Shown: in pieces, positions 30,137 through 39,844 of the stretch
Layout: each line of letters opens with the position of its first letter
Position numbering within the stretch: the stretch's first letter is position 1
Assembly: GCA_041484665.1 (NCBI GenBank)
Contig: JBGPIA010000002.1
Location: 192,001-256,000, forward strand
From: Candidatus Krumholzibacteriia bacterium
Lineage (GTDB): Bacteria > Krumholzibacteriota > Krumholzibacteriia > JAJRXK01
Reading direction: 5' to 3'
Length of the DNA stretch: 64,000 nucleotides
Program-made: the position numbers and the translations under genes
Notes under the pieces: generated by a model
Database searches by the model: none
Seen by the model: the letters and a program-made list of their open reading frames with translations, nothing else
Told to the model about the DNA's origin: nothing

Positions 30137-32101
30137 CTACGTCTTCTCGTCGTCGACCACCTCGAAGTCCGCCTCCACCGGCCGGTCCGGTCCTGCCCCG
30201 GTGGGGCCCTCCCCGCCTGCGGCACCGTCTGCCCCGGTCGGCCGTCCGCCGCCGGACGGTCCGCCAGCCGCCCCTGCCGCTCCGCCCGTTGCGGCGCCCG
30301 CGGCGGCCTCGTAGGCCTTTTGGCTGGCTTTGTGCAGCGCCCGGCTGAGGGCCTCGGCCCGCTGCTTGATCGTCCCGACGTCATCGCCGCGCAACACCTG
30401 CTCCACATCGCCGATCGCGGTCTGCACTTCGTCCTTGGCGGAGGCCTCGAGCTTGTCGCCCAGGTCGCTCAACATCTTGCGCGCCTGATAGACGAGGCTG
30501 TCGGCGTTGTTGCGGACATCGACCTTCTCGCGCCACGACCGATCCTCGGCCGCGTGCGACTCGGCATCCTTGACCATCCGCTCGATCTCCGGATGGGAGA
30601 GGCCGCCAGACGCCTGGATCTTGATGGACTGCTCCTTGCCCGTCGCCTTGTCTTTGGCGCTCACGCTCAGGATGCCGTTGGCGTCGATGTCGAAGGTGAC
30701 CTCGATCTGTGGGACGCCGCGCGGCGCGGGCGGGATCCCGGTGAGCTGGAAGCGCCCGATCGACTTGTTGTCGCTGGCCATCTCGCGCTCGCCCTGCAAC
30801 ACGTGGATGTCGACGACGCTCTGGTTGTCGTCGGCCGTGGAGAAGACCTGGCCCTTGCGGGTGGGGATGGTCGTGTTGCGCTCGATGAGCTTGGTGGAGA
30901 CCCCGCCCAGGGTCTCGATGCCGAGCGAGAGCGGCGTCACGTCCAGCAGCACCACCTCGCGCAGGTGCGACTCGCCCGAGAGCACTCCGCCCTGGATCGC
31001 CGCCCCGATCGCCACGGCCTCGTCGGGGTTCACGGAGCGGTTGGGCTCCTTCCCGAAGAGCTCCTTGACCTTGGCCTGCACGGCGGGGATGCGGGTGGAG
31101 CCGCCCACCAGGATCGCTTCGTCGATGTCGCTGGGTGACAGCCCGGCGTCGGCCAGCGCCTTGTGGCAGGGGTCCACGGTGCGCTGGATGAGTTGATCGA
31201 CCAGCTGCTCGAAGCGGCTGCGCGTCAGGGTGACCGTCAGGTGCTTGGGACCCGAGGCGTCCGCCGTGATGAACGGGAGGTTGATCTCGGTCTGCGTGGA
31301 GCTGGAGAGCTCGCACTTGGCGCGCTCGGCGGCCTCCTTCAGGCGTTGGAGCGCCATGGGGTCCTTGCTCAGGTCGATGCCGTGGTTGGCCTTGAACTCG
31401 CGCACCAGCCACTCGATGATCTCCTGGTCGAAATCGTCGCCGCCCAGATGCGTGTCGCCGTTGGTCGAGCGCACCTCGAACACGCCTTCGCCCAGCTCCA
31501 GGATCGAGATGTCGAACGTGCCGCCGCCCAGGTCGTAGACGGCGATCGTCTCGTTCTTCTTCTTGTCGAGGCCGTAGGCCAGCGAGGCGGCGGTGGGCTC
31601 GTTGATGATGCGCTTGACCTCCAGCCCGGCGATCCGGCCGGCGTCCTTGGTGGCCTGCCGCTGCGCATCGTTGAAATAGGCGGGCACGGTGATGACGGCG
31701 TCGGTCACCGTCTCGCCGAGGTATGCCTCCGCCGTCTCCTTCATCTTCTGGAGGATGGCAGCCGAGATCTCCTGGGGCGTGAACTGCCCTGCGGGCACCT
31801 TCACCCCCACCGCGTCACCGGCACGGGCGACCTCGTAGGGGACCTCCTTGATCTCGCGGGCGACCTCCTCGTACCGGCGCCCCATGAAGCGCTTGATGGA
31901 GTAGATCGTCTGCTGGGGCTGCGTCACCGCCTGACGCTTGGCGACGACGCCCACGATCCGCTGGCCGTCCTTGTTCCAGGCGACGACCGACGGCGTGGTC
32001 TTCTGCCCCTCGGCGTTGGGAATGACGGTGACGTCGTTCCCCTCGACGACGGCCACGCAGCTGTTGGTAGTCCCCAGGTCGATTCCGATGATCTTGCCCA
32101 C
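30137..32101 (-). CDS. dnaK: Chaperone DnaK (Hsp70)
   Basis: [65 protein letters not shown] start after GGAG. Confidence 0.98.
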   Translation of the reverse strand: MGKIIGIDLGTTNSCVAVVEGNDVTVIPNAEGQKTTPSVVAWNKDGQRIVGVVAKRQAVTQPQQTIYSIKRFMGRRYEEVAREIKEVPYEVARAGDAVGVKVPAGQFTPQEISAAILQKMKETAEAYLGETVTDAVITVPAYFNDAQRQATKDAGRIAGLEVKRIINEPTAASLAYGLDKKKNETIAVYDLGGGTFDISILELGEGVFEVRSTNGDTHLGGDDFDQEIIEWLVREFKANHGIDLSKDPMALQRLKEAAERAKCELSSSTQTEINLPFITADASGPKHLTVTLTRSRFEQLVDQLIQRTVDPCHKALADAGLSPSDIDEAILVGGSTRIPAVQAKVKELFGKEPNRSVNPDEAVAIGAAIQGGVLSGESHLREVVLLDVTPLSLGIETLGGVSTKLIERNTTIPTRKGQVFSTADDNQSVVDIHVLQGEREMASDNKSIGRFQLTGIPPAPRGVPQIEVTFDIDANGILSVSAKDKATGKEQSIKIQASGGLSHPEIERMVKDAESHAAEDRSWREKVDVRNNADSLVYQARKMLSDLGDKLEASAKDEVQTAIGDVEQVLRGDDVGTIKQRAEALSRALHKASQKAYEAAAGAATGGAAGAAGGPSGGGRPTGADGAAGGEGPTGAGPDRPVEADFEVVDDEKT

Positions 32102-32231
32102 GATCTCACTCCCGTGTTGGACGACGCCACTGCGCGCATCCGTGTGTCCGGCAACCCTCTGCTAGCGCCCCCTCGGCCACCGGCGCCAGGCATCCCAGCG
32201 ACGCGTTCGGACACCAGCGCACGGTGACACC

Positions 32232-32247
32232 TACAATCCACGTGCCA
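32232..32247 (-). promoter_or_regulatory. Sigma-54-like promoter of dnaK
   Basis: TGGCACG-TGGA-TTGTA (-12 reads TGT instead of TGC), with an AT-rich IHF-like tract (32261-32290) just upstream. Confidence 0.5.
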
Positions 32248-32335
32248 CACGCGGTCCAGAGATATAACCAATTCTCATTGAATCCGTTACGTCTGTGGAC
32301 CGCCCGCGGGCACCCGGCGATTGGACACCGTGAAG

Positions 32336-32370
32336 ATGCCAACATGTCATGACATTGTCAACTTGGCATG
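32336..32370. promoter_or_regulatory. Clustered TGNCA palindromes, candidate enhancer-binding-protein site
   Basis: ATGCCAA...TTGGCAT flanking ATGTCATGACAT and TGACA-T-TGTCA, about 100 nt upstream of the -24/-12 element. Confidence 0.45.
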
Positions 32371-33305
32371 TCGCGCTCGCGGATTCCGTCCGCGTACGCC
32401 GCCAGTACGAGATAGTCGTACAGTCGGTGGCGTACGCGACGCGGCAGGCGAACGCCGCCGCCGTAGAGCCATGCCCGAACCGGGCGAGGGGCCCCTGCCG
32501 CGAAGCTCGCCCGCAGCAGCGCGCGCAGCAGCGCGCGCTGGGGCCCGCCCCCACCGCCCATGCCGGGCAGCAGGTCCAGCTGCATCTCGCACATGCGGGC
32601 GGGGTGCCGCTCGCGCAACAACGCAAGCGTGACGCGCCCGCACGACCGCTTCTTCTCCAGGTACTGTGCCAGCGTGTGGTGGTGGATGTGCTCGCCGCGC
32701 GCTCCGTCCACGCTGAAGAAACGCAGCCCCACTCTCTCCTCGAGGCGGAAGGCGAGCTCCATGTCCTCGAACCCGTACGCGCCGAACGCCTCGTCGAACC
32801 CGCCGACGCGCTCCAGTGCGGCGCGCGGCACCGACGCATTCTGCGTGAGGAAGTAGCGCGCCGGCACCGGCCCGCCGGCCGGCCGCTTGGCGATCCCGCG
32901 CGTGTCCAGGTAGCCGAACAGAGGCGAGTCGACCACCTCCGGCGCGGTCACGACCAGCCCCAGATACGCCGCGGGCAGCTGCGCCTGGGCTCGAACGTGG
33001 GCTGCCAGCGCTCCCGGCTCGAGCAGGATATCGTCGTCGAGGAACAGCACGGTCTCACCGCGCGCGGCGCGCCAGCCGCGGTTGCGCGCCTTCGCCCGTC
33101 CCTCGTTGCGCGGCGGCCGTTGCACGCACAGCGGCAGGCGCGACTGCAGCGCCTCGAGCACGGCAGCCGTCTCGTCTGCGGAGCCATCGTCCACGACCAC
33201 GAGCTCGCAGCCCCCCGCCAGCGCCGCGGTCTGGGGCAGCAGGGCTTCCAGCGTTCGCCGCAGCAACGCCGGCTTGCGGTAGGTGGGGATGACGACGCTG
33301 ATCAT
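32358..33305 (-). CDS. Glycosyltransferase family 2
   Basis: ISVVIPTY, VVDDGSAD, ARNRG, FLDDD, GGFDEAF, GFEDME. Confidence 0.9.
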   Translation of the reverse strand: MISVVIPTYRKPALLRRTLEALLPQTAALAGGCELVVVDDGSADETAAVLEALQSRLPLCVQRPPRNEGRAKARNRGWRAARGETVLFLDDDILLEPGALAAHVRAQAQLPAAYLGLVVTAPEVVDSPLFGYLDTRGIAKRPAGGPVPARYFLTQNASVPRAALERVGGFDEAFGAYGFEDMELAFRLEERVGLRFFSVDGARGEHIHHHTLAQYLEKKRSCGRVTLALLRERHPARMCEMQLDLLPGMGGGGGPQRALLRALLRASFAAGAPRPVRAWLYGGGVRLPRRVRHRLYDYLVLAAYADGIRERDMPS

Positions 33306-34435
33306 CGGCTGCGTTGCTGCGCCAGCGAGCGCAGATCATCGGGCAGCGGCGCGCCCTCGACCAAGTGACGGTAGAGCCCCTCCACGCGCTGCATGTGCAC
33401 GAAGTGATCGGCGCGCAGGGCCGCCTCCTGGGCGCAGCGCTCGCCGTAGCGGCGGCGCAACTCCGGTCGCTCCACCAGCTGCAGCAGCGCCGCCACCAGC
33501 GCGTCCACGTCGCGCGGCGGGACGACCGCCCCGTTGTCGCCGTCGCGGATCCACTCCAGAGCGCTCGGCAGCGCGCTGACGACGATCGAACAGCCGCAGG
33601 CCATCGCCTCCAGCAGCGACACGGCCGTGGCGTCCACTGAAGGCACCGTGATGAACACGTCGGAGGCCGCCAAGTAATCGGCGAAGCGCTCGTGGGGAAT
33701 ACGCCCCACGAAACGCGCCACGCCATCAAGGCCGGCGGCGCGCGCGCGCTCGATGAACGGCTGCTGATCCCCTTCGTACCCAGCGAAGATGATCCGCACG
33801 TCGGGGCGGGCGGCCACGACCCGCGCCGCCGCTGCGATGATGATGTCGAGATTGTAATACGGCTGGGTGAAGCTGCGCGCACTGAGCAGCACGGGGGCCT
33901 CGGGCGGCAGCGCCAGCTCGGCCCGCACGCCGGTGGACCGGTCGCGGCGGAACACACCCAGGTCCACGCCCCACTGCACCTCGAAGGCGCGGGCAGGATC
34001 GGCACCCAGGCGCACGCAGCACTCCAGGATGTCGCGCGAGTCGCCGGTGAGGGCGTCGGCCGAGCGCAACGCGCGGCGGGCCAGCAAGCCCTTGAGCCGC
34101 GTCTCGTGCGGCGTCACGTAGACGTCATCGCCCCACACCGTCAGCAGGTTGGGGTGGAAGCGGCTCCAGTCGCCCAGGTAGCCGTAGCCGGTGAGGAAGT
34201 GGGTGTGCAGCAGATCCGGGCGCACGCGCGCCAGGACGTCACGCACGCGCTGCAGGCTGCGCCAGTAGCGGTGTGGCTTGCCGAGTCCCCCGTTGCGGAT
34301 GTCGTGGACCTGCACATCCGCCATGGGCCCAGGCTGCACGGTCAGCAGGTGGCACTCGTGTCCGCGCTGGGCGAAGTAGCGGATCCAGCGCTCGGTGTGG
34401 AGGTGGCGCCCGATGCTGAGGTAGGCGATGCGCAT
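33302..34435 (-). CDS. Glycosyltransferase family 4 (GT-B)
   Basis: PDLLHTH, GVDL, ASDVFITVP, SLLEAMACG, DNGAVV. Confidence 0.88.
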   Translation of the reverse strand: MRIAYLSIGRHLHTERWIRYFAQRGHECHLLTVQPGPMADVQVHDIRNGGLGKPHRYWRSLQRVRDVLARVRPDLLHTHFLTGYGYLGDWSRFHPNLLTVWGDDVYVTPHETRLKGLLARRALRSADALTGDSRDILECCVRLGADPARAFEVQWGVDLGVFRRDRSTGVRAELALPPEAPVLLSARSFTQPYYNLDIIIAAAARVVAARPDVRIIFAGYEGDQQPFIERARAAGLDGVARFVGRIPHERFADYLAASDVFITVPSVDATAVSLLEAMACGCSIVVSALPSALEWIRDGDNGAVVPPRDVDALVAALLQLVERPELRRRYGERCAQEAALRADHFVHMQRVEGLYRHLVEGAPLPDDLRSLAQQRSR

Positions 34436-34479
34436 GCGTGCGTACGGGCGGGTCCCCGCGCGACGGCGCGCTTCGGATC

Positions 34480-34565
34480 TGCCCGGGAAGGGACTCGAAC
34501 CCTTACGAGGGGAACCCCTCAGCGGGGTTTAAGCCCGCCGCGTCTACCGATTCCGCCACCCGGGC
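34480..34565 (-). tRNA. tRNA-Leu(TAA), CCA not encoded
   Basis: GCCCGGG acceptor, GGCGGAATCGGTAGACGC D arm, stem GCGGG/CCCGC with loop CTTAAAC, long variable arm, GGTTCGAGTCC. Confidence 0.95.
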
Positions 34566-34746
34566 CCCCGACCTCAGGACGTCCACGACACAGCGGCGGA
34601 GAGCGGGCCCCTGGAGATCACCGATCGAACTCTCCCTGGACACGAAGACGCGGACGACGTGTCCAGGCCGTCCGCGTCCCGCGTTCCCCGACGGCATGGA
34701 CGCCGTCCCGAACCATCGGTGCGGGCTCGTTTGCGAGCCCACAGGC

Positions 34747-34820
34747 TGGAGGCGGCACCCAGATTCGAACTGGGGATAACGGTTTTGCAAACCGTCGCCT
34801 TGCCACTTGGCTATGCCGCC
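34747..34820 (-). tRNA. tRNA-Cys(GCA)
   Basis: GGCGGCA acceptor, stem ACGGT/ACCGT with loop TTGCAAA, U73 discriminator, CCA. Confidence 0.96.
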
Positions 34821-34831
34821 TGCGAGAAGAT

Positions 34832-34907
<76 letters not shown>

Positions 34908-34952
34908 TCCCAGCAAGGCGTTGGGCGATCCGCGCGCCCTACCGGGACCCTA

Positions 34953-34980
34953 ATTCTAGCCGATGCCGGGCGCGCGTCAA
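34953..34980 (-). promoter_or_regulatory. Sigma-70 promoter of the tRNA Gly-Cys-Leu operon
   Basis: TTGACG-N16-TAGAAT. Confidence 0.65.
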
Positions 34981-35009
34981 GGGGTCCATTGCCAACGCGC
35001 TCCCAGCGG

Positions 35010-35711
35010 CTACGGCGCCGTCGCGCTGCGGATCGGGGTGGTGACGACCCACGCTTGCGGGTAGCCGTAGGACCGCGCCCGGTCGCGCAGCAAGAGCGCC
35101 GCCGCGCGGTCGGCGAAATCGCCGGCCCGCGCCTTGTAGTACGGCGCCTCGAATTGGATGTACACGACCACCCCCAGGCGCGTGCGCGCCTCGCGCGCCA
35201 CACGCTCGGCCTGGACGCGGTCCTCGCCGGCGTAGAGCTGCACGCGGAACCCCAGCTCATGGCGCTCCTGCGCCGGAGGCACGGGGACGGGCACGGAGGG
35301 CGGCACCGGCGTCGTCACGGAGGGCTCGACCTTCGACGTGCTCGACATCGCAGGGCCCGTGATCGTAGGGCTCGTCGTCGCGGGCGCCGGGGTCCCGGGG
35401 GCCGGCGGCGCGAACTCCTCCGGCAGGGTCGTCTGCGCCGGCGGCGTCTCCGTGACCGGAGTCGCCACGATGTCCTCGGGCGCCTTGGGGAGGTCGTCCT
35501 CCTTGAACTCGACGTCGCTGCCCGGCGCGGTCGTGCCCTCCTCCCCCACGCGGTAGCCGGTTCCCGGACCTTCGCCGGCCGGCTTTACCGCTGCCGGCGG
35601 TGTCTGCGCCGCGTCGCGACTGACGCCCTGGCCCGGTCGCGCCGCGCAGCCGCCCAGCAGCGCCCAGACCATCACCGTCACCACCACACCGGGAATCCTC
35701 GGGTGCACCAT
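35010..35711 (-). CDS. SPOR-domain lipoprotein
   Basis: Signal peptide with lipobox LGGC, Pro/Thr-rich linker, C-terminal GFRVQL...YYKARAGDF...GYPQAWVV SPOR domain. Confidence 0.82.
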   Translation of the reverse strand: MVHPRIPGVVVTVMVWALLGGCAARPGQGVSRDAAQTPPAAVKPAGEGPGTGYRVGEEGTTAPGSDVEFKEDDLPKAPEDIVATPVTETPPAQTTLPEEFAPPAPGTPAPATTSPTITGPAMSSTSKVEPSVTTPVPPSVPVPVPPAQERHELGFRVQLYAGEDRVQAERVAREARTRLGVVVYIQFEAPYYKARAGDFADRAAALLLRDRARSYGYPQAWVVTTPIRSATAP

Positions 35712-35741
35712 CCGTCACCTCCCGCGTTGGCCGCGCGCCGT

Positions 35742-37733
35742 TCAGTCGACGCCAATATACCCGAGGCTGCGTAGCCCCTCCAGATCCTGACGCGCCCTCC
35801 CCACGCGCGGCGTCCAGTCCGGCCGCTGCCCGTAGGTGGCGGGGCGGGGGAGCGCCCAAGCGCCGGTACGCTCGGCCGGTGGCCACGGCGCGTGCATCTC
35901 CCGCGACGGCGGAATCCCCAGGTCGGCCAGCAAGACCGAGACCAGCTCCCACATCGAGTCGGTGGAAGGCTCGAGCACTGCGGGTCCCGTAGCCCACGCC
36001 CACACCTCGCGTCCGGGCTCTCGCTCGGCGGATCCCACCAGCAACAGACGCCCCGCTGGCGCCGCGCGCGCCAGCGGCTGCAGCAGGGCGTCCAGATAGC
36101 GGATGTACAGATCGCGCAGCTGCACCGACCGGCGCCGCCCCTGCGGGTCGACCCCAGCGCTGCGCCCTGCAGAGCGCGCAAGCGCGTTCACACGACGGTC
36201 GAGGATGTCCAGCCCGTTGAGGTGGACCACAACGACGTCGCGCGAAGCGTGGCCGAGCGCCGCCTGCGCCAGTGCCACGTGGAGAGCGTCGGAGGAGGTC
36301 GCGTAGCGCCACGCCCCGGAGAGCGCCGCCGCCCCCGCATCGGCTCCAGGGGCGTCCAACGCCAGCAGCGAGTCGCCCGCCGCCGCGGCGGGCAGCTGGA
36401 GGCGCCGCTGCGCCGCCAACTCCAGCAGCGCAGCCGCGTCACGCATGCCGCCCAGGAGCTGGGCCGCCAGGTCGCGCGGGGCGGACAGCAGCGAGTCAGC
36501 GAGCGCGGCTGGATCGCCGTCCCACAGGCGCAGGAACCAGCGATCCGTCACCACCTCCAGCGGCGGGTGCTGAGCGGCCGGATAGGTCGCCCACCAGTTG
36601 ACGACCAGGACGCGGCGTCCAGCCCAGGTCGCGATCTCCCAGAACGGCGGCCGCAGCAGCTCCCGTTGGTCGGAGGCCTGCAAGCGGCCCAGGCCCACGC
36701 CCGGCAACAAGCGCTGCGAGACCGTCGACAGCACCGGATCCCGGAGCAGGCCCGACACCTCACCGCGGACGCCGACCGGCAGCGTGGCGGCCGCCCCCGA
36801 GAGGCCGTGGATGCGCGCCGGGAGACCGGTGGCGATCTCGTTCCAGAACGCGGTCGGCGCGCGCGCGGCCCGGTCGGCGCGCAGCGAGCGCGCCTGCGCC
36901 CCACACACGCCCAACAGCGATGCCGGCGCGTGCGCAGCGAGCTCCTGGACGTCGGACAGCGCGAGGCCGTCGATGGCCACGACCAGCAACGGCCCTGCGA
37001 TCGCGGCGGTGGGCGGCTTTGGCAGCTCGTCCAGGCGCGGCACGGGGCGCAGCTGCGTGTACGGTCCAAAGCCCAGCAGGACCAGGGCAACGCACAGCCC
37101 GGGCAGCCAGAGCAACCCTGCCGGCGCGCGCGGCTGCGGTGACTGCGCCGGCTCGCGCGCCACGCGCAGGCGCGCGGCGGCCACCATCACGGCCATCAGC
37201 TCCGCCAACCACGAGCCCACGGTCGCCGCCAGCGCCGCGAGCCCCACCAGCACCGCGGGCCACAGCGAGCGGGGGAGGCCTTGCAGCAGATGGCGGCCGA
37301 GCACGTCGGCCACGTACGCCGCGACCAGCAGCGCCGTCAGCAAGAGCGACGCGCGCACCAGGCGCGTGCCGCGTGCGTGGTCGCTCTGCGGCATCCTCAC
37401 GAACAGCGGCCAGGTCACCGCGCACACCAGCAACGCGCCGCCCAGGGCTACCACGGCCACCATCTGCAGCAGCAGCCAGCCCGCCTCGCCCGGCCGGTCG
37501 ATCAGCCCCGGGCTGGCCAACAGCGCGGCGAGCCACAGCAGGAGCCCCACGGCGCCTCCGCCCCCACCCCCGACCCAGGTGCCGACGGCGAGCGTGGAGC
37601 GCAGCGCGCCCCCGCGCCGCGGCATCCGCCGCGCGACGAACACCTCGGCCGGCGATTGCAGGTAGCCCAGCGCGCGCAGTTGGCGCAGGCCCTGCTCGAG
37701 ACGCTTGGGATCGCCGCCGCGCTCATCGCCCAT
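35742..37733 (-). CDS. Multi-TM membrane protein with degenerate alkaline-phosphatase-superfamily (phosphodiesterase-like) domain
   Basis: About 5 N-terminal TMs; VVAIDGL, WNEIATG..HG, VVNWWATYPA, C-terminal LRSLGYI; several catalytic residues missing. Confidence 0.7.
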   Translation of the reverse strand: MGDERGGDPKRLEQGLRQLRALGYLQSPAEVFVARRMPRRGGALRSTLAVGTWVGGGGGGAVGLLLWLAALLASPGLIDRPGEAGWLLLQMVAVVALGGALLVCAVTWPLFVRMPQSDHARGTRLVRASLLLTALLVAAYVADVLGRHLLQGLPRSLWPAVLVGLAALAATVGSWLAELMAVMVAAARLRVAREPAQSPQPRAPAGLLWLPGLCVALVLLGFGPYTQLRPVPRLDELPKPPTAAIAGPLLVVAIDGLALSDVQELAAHAPASLLGVCGAQARSLRADRAARAPTAFWNEIATGLPARIHGLSGAAATLPVGVRGEVSGLLRDPVLSTVSQRLLPGVGLGRLQASDQRELLRPPFWEIATWAGRRVLVVNWWATYPAAQHPPLEVVTDRWFLRLWDGDPAALADSLLSAPRDLAAQLLGGMRDAAALLELAAQRRLQLPAAAAGDSLLALDAPGADAGAAALSGAWRYATSSDALHVALAQAALGHASRDVVVVHLNGLDILDRRVNALARSAGRSAGVDPQGRRRSVQLRDLYIRYLDALLQPLARAAPAGRLLLVGSAEREPGREVWAWATGPAVLEPSTDSMWELVSVLLADLGIPPSREMHAPWPPAERTGAWALPRPATYGQRPDWTPRVGRARQDLEGLRSLGYIGVD

Positions 37734-37737
37734 CGGC

Positions 37738-38628
37738 TCAACTCCGGCGTGCGGCGAGGTAGTCGCACAGCGACCGCAGGTGCGCGCTGGCCGCCGGCAA
37801 CCGATCGAGCGCAGCACGCGCGGTGTCCAGCAACCGCCGCATGATCTCTTCGCTCTCGGCGTAACCCAGGCAGGCCACGAAGGTCGGCTTGCCGCGGTCC
37901 TGGCGCGCGTCCTTGCCCATCTCGGCGGCGTGCCCCGTGGCGTCGAGCAGGTCGTCCTTGATCTGGAAGGCCAGGCCCAGATTGCGCGCGTAGTGCGCGG
38001 CCAGCTCCTCCTCGCCCGCGCTGGCCTCGCCCAGGCGCGCGCCCAGCCGCGCGCACGCCACGAACAACGCTCCGGTCTTGTGACTGTGGATGTACTCCAG
38101 GCGCACCAGGTCGCGCTGCTGCGCGGGCAATCGCAGGTCCACGTGCTGTCCGCCGATCATGCCCCGCACGCCGACCGCGTCGGCCAGCAGCGCGGTGGCG
38201 CCCAGCCCGCCGTGGCCTGCGTCGAGGCCGCCCAGCAGCTCGAAGGCGAGCATGAGCTGGGCGTTGGCGGCCAGGATCGCCGTGTCGACACCGAACCGCA
38301 CGTGGCAGCACGGGCGTCCGCGGCGCGTGCGCGCGTCGTCCATGCTGGGCAGGTCGTCCAGGACGAGCGAAGAGGTGTGGATCAGCTCCGCGGCCATCGC
38401 CGCCGCCATCACCTCTGCGGGGCGCGGCCGGCCCACACTCTGCGCCCAGAGCTCCACCACCGCCGGACGCACGCGCTTGCCGCCGGCCAGCAGCGTGTAC
38501 TGCACCGCTTCCAGGAGCTCGGGCGTGTAGGCGTGCTCCAGGCGCGCGACTGCGGCCTGCAGCTGCGGCCCCAGGCGTTCGCCCAGACCGTGCAAGTAGG
38601 CCGACAGCGCCCCTGCCAGGTCAGCCAC
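37738..38628 (-). CDS. Second trans-prenyl diphosphate synthase (CrtE/GGPP synthase-like)
   Basis: GGKRVRP, HTSSLVLDDLPSMDD..RRG (Ser at -5 of FARM), GQHVD, KTGALF, FQIKDDLLD. Confidence 0.88.
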   Translation of the reverse strand: MADLAGALSAYLHGLGERLGPQLQAAVARLEHAYTPELLEAVQYTLLAGGKRVRPAVVELWAQSVGRPRPAEVMAAAMAAELIHTSSLVLDDLPSMDDARTRRGRPCCHVRFGVDTAILAANAQLMLAFELLGGLDAGHGGLGATALLADAVGVRGMIGGQHVDLRLPAQQRDLVRLEYIHSHKTGALFVACARLGARLGEASAGEEELAAHYARNLGLAFQIKDDLLDATGHAAEMGKDARQDRGKPTFVACLGYAESEEIMRRLLDTARAALDRLPAASAHLRSLCDYLAARRS

Positions 38629-39844
38629 GCTGGCCCTCCCCCTCGGACGCGAGCGACCGCAACAGCTGCGCGGTCTGCGCGACCATCCTCTCCCGCGTGA
38701 ACGCCGCCAACAAGCGCTCGTGTCCACGCCGGCCCATGGCGCGGGCCGCTTCCGGCGCGCCGAGCAGCCCGGCCAGCGCTTGCGCCATCGCCCCCGGATC
38801 GCCCGGGGGCACCAGCCGTCCGCTGACGCCTTCCTCGAGCATCTCGCGCAGCGAGCCGACGTCGGTCGCGACCACGGGCAGACACGCGGCCATGGCCTCA
38901 AGAACGCACAGCGGGAAGGTCTCCACCACCGGCCGCGACGCGAGCGCCAGCGCATCCAGGCAGGCCAGGATCGCCGGAACATCGCCGCGCTGCCCGAACC
39001 AGCGCACGCGCTCGCCGACCCCCAGCGCGCTGGCGTGCTCGCGCAGCTCGCCAGCCAGCGCCCCGTCCCCCACCACCGCCAGGTGCGGGGGAGTGGGCCC
39101 GCGCAACTGCGCCAGCGCGGCGAGCAACGAGCGGTGGTCCTTCTCCGGGCGCAGCGCCGCCACGATGCCGATCACGGGACGATCGGCGGGCAGACCGAGG
39201 TGTGCGCGGCGCCGGGCGCGCTCCTCGCCATGGAGCGGCGGTGAGAATGCCGCGGGATCGACTCCGTTGTGGATGACGACCAGACGGGCCGGGTCGACCC
39301 GTTCATGCTCGGCGAGGTAGCGCGCGTGCGTGTGGCTGACGGCGATGACGCGATCGCTCAGCGGCATGAGCAGCCGGTCGGCGCGCGATAGGCTGGGGCG
39401 CCCATCGGCGCGGCCGGTGCGGTGCACGGCGCAGACCTGAGCGCGAACGCCGGCCAGGCGCGCGGCCAACCGTCCATACAGCAGCGCATTGGAGTGGTCG
39501 AGCACGTAGACCACGTCGGCCGCGACGCGCCGCAGGTGGGCGCGCAGGGCCCAAAGCGCGCGTGGGTCGGTCCGCGCAGGGGCCAGCTCGCCGCGCAGCG
39601 CGACACCGCGCGCCTGCAGCGCCTCCCCCACCGGCCCGGGGGCGCGCAGGCAGCCCACGCCCACGTCGATGCCGTGGGCGGGCAGATCGCAGCACAGGGC
39701 CTCGACCACCCGCTCGGACCCGCCGATCACCAGGCTGTTGACGAGGAACTCGACTCGCAGCCGCTCCGGGGAGCGGGGAGTCAGCGCGGGGTCCCCACGC
39801 CGTTGAGGCGGTGCGCCGCGCCGCCTTCCCGGATCGATCGACAT
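38621..39844 (-). CDS. Glycosyltransferase family 4
   Basis: LVIGGSER, IHNGVD, LRPEKDH, ETFPLCVLEAMAA, ATDVG; true start uncertain and may be near 39784. Confidence 0.85.
   Translation of the reverse strand: MSIDPGRRRGAPPQRRGDPALTPRSPERLRVEFLVNSLVIGGSERVVEALCCDLPAHGIDVGVGCLRAPGPVGEALQARGVALRGELAPARTDPRALWALRAHLRRVAADVVYVLDHSNALLYGRLAARLAGVRAQVCAVHRTGRADGRPSLSRADRLLMPLSDRVIAVSHTHARYLAEHERVDPARLVVIHNGVDPAAFSPPLHGEERARRRAHLGLPADRPVIGIVAALRPEKDHRSLLAALAQLRGPTPPHLAVVGDGALAGELREHASALGVGERVRWFGQRGDVPAILACLDALALASRPVVETFPLCVLEAMAACLPVVATDVGSLREMLEEGVSGRLVPPGDPGAMAQALAGLLGAPEAARAMGRRGHERLLAAFTRERMVAQTAQLLRSLASEGEGQRG

Noticed and set aside
32162..32189. CIRCE-like inverted repeat CTAGCGCCC-N10-CGGCGCCAG in the dnaK leader
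   Set aside because: Only 6/9 and 4/9 matches with a 10-nt spacer and no hrcA nearby; more likely a plain hairpin
32358..34479. Genomic island integrated at tRNA-Leu or tRNA-Arg
   Set aside because: No integrase, no duplicated tRNA 3' end noticed, and composition matches the flanks
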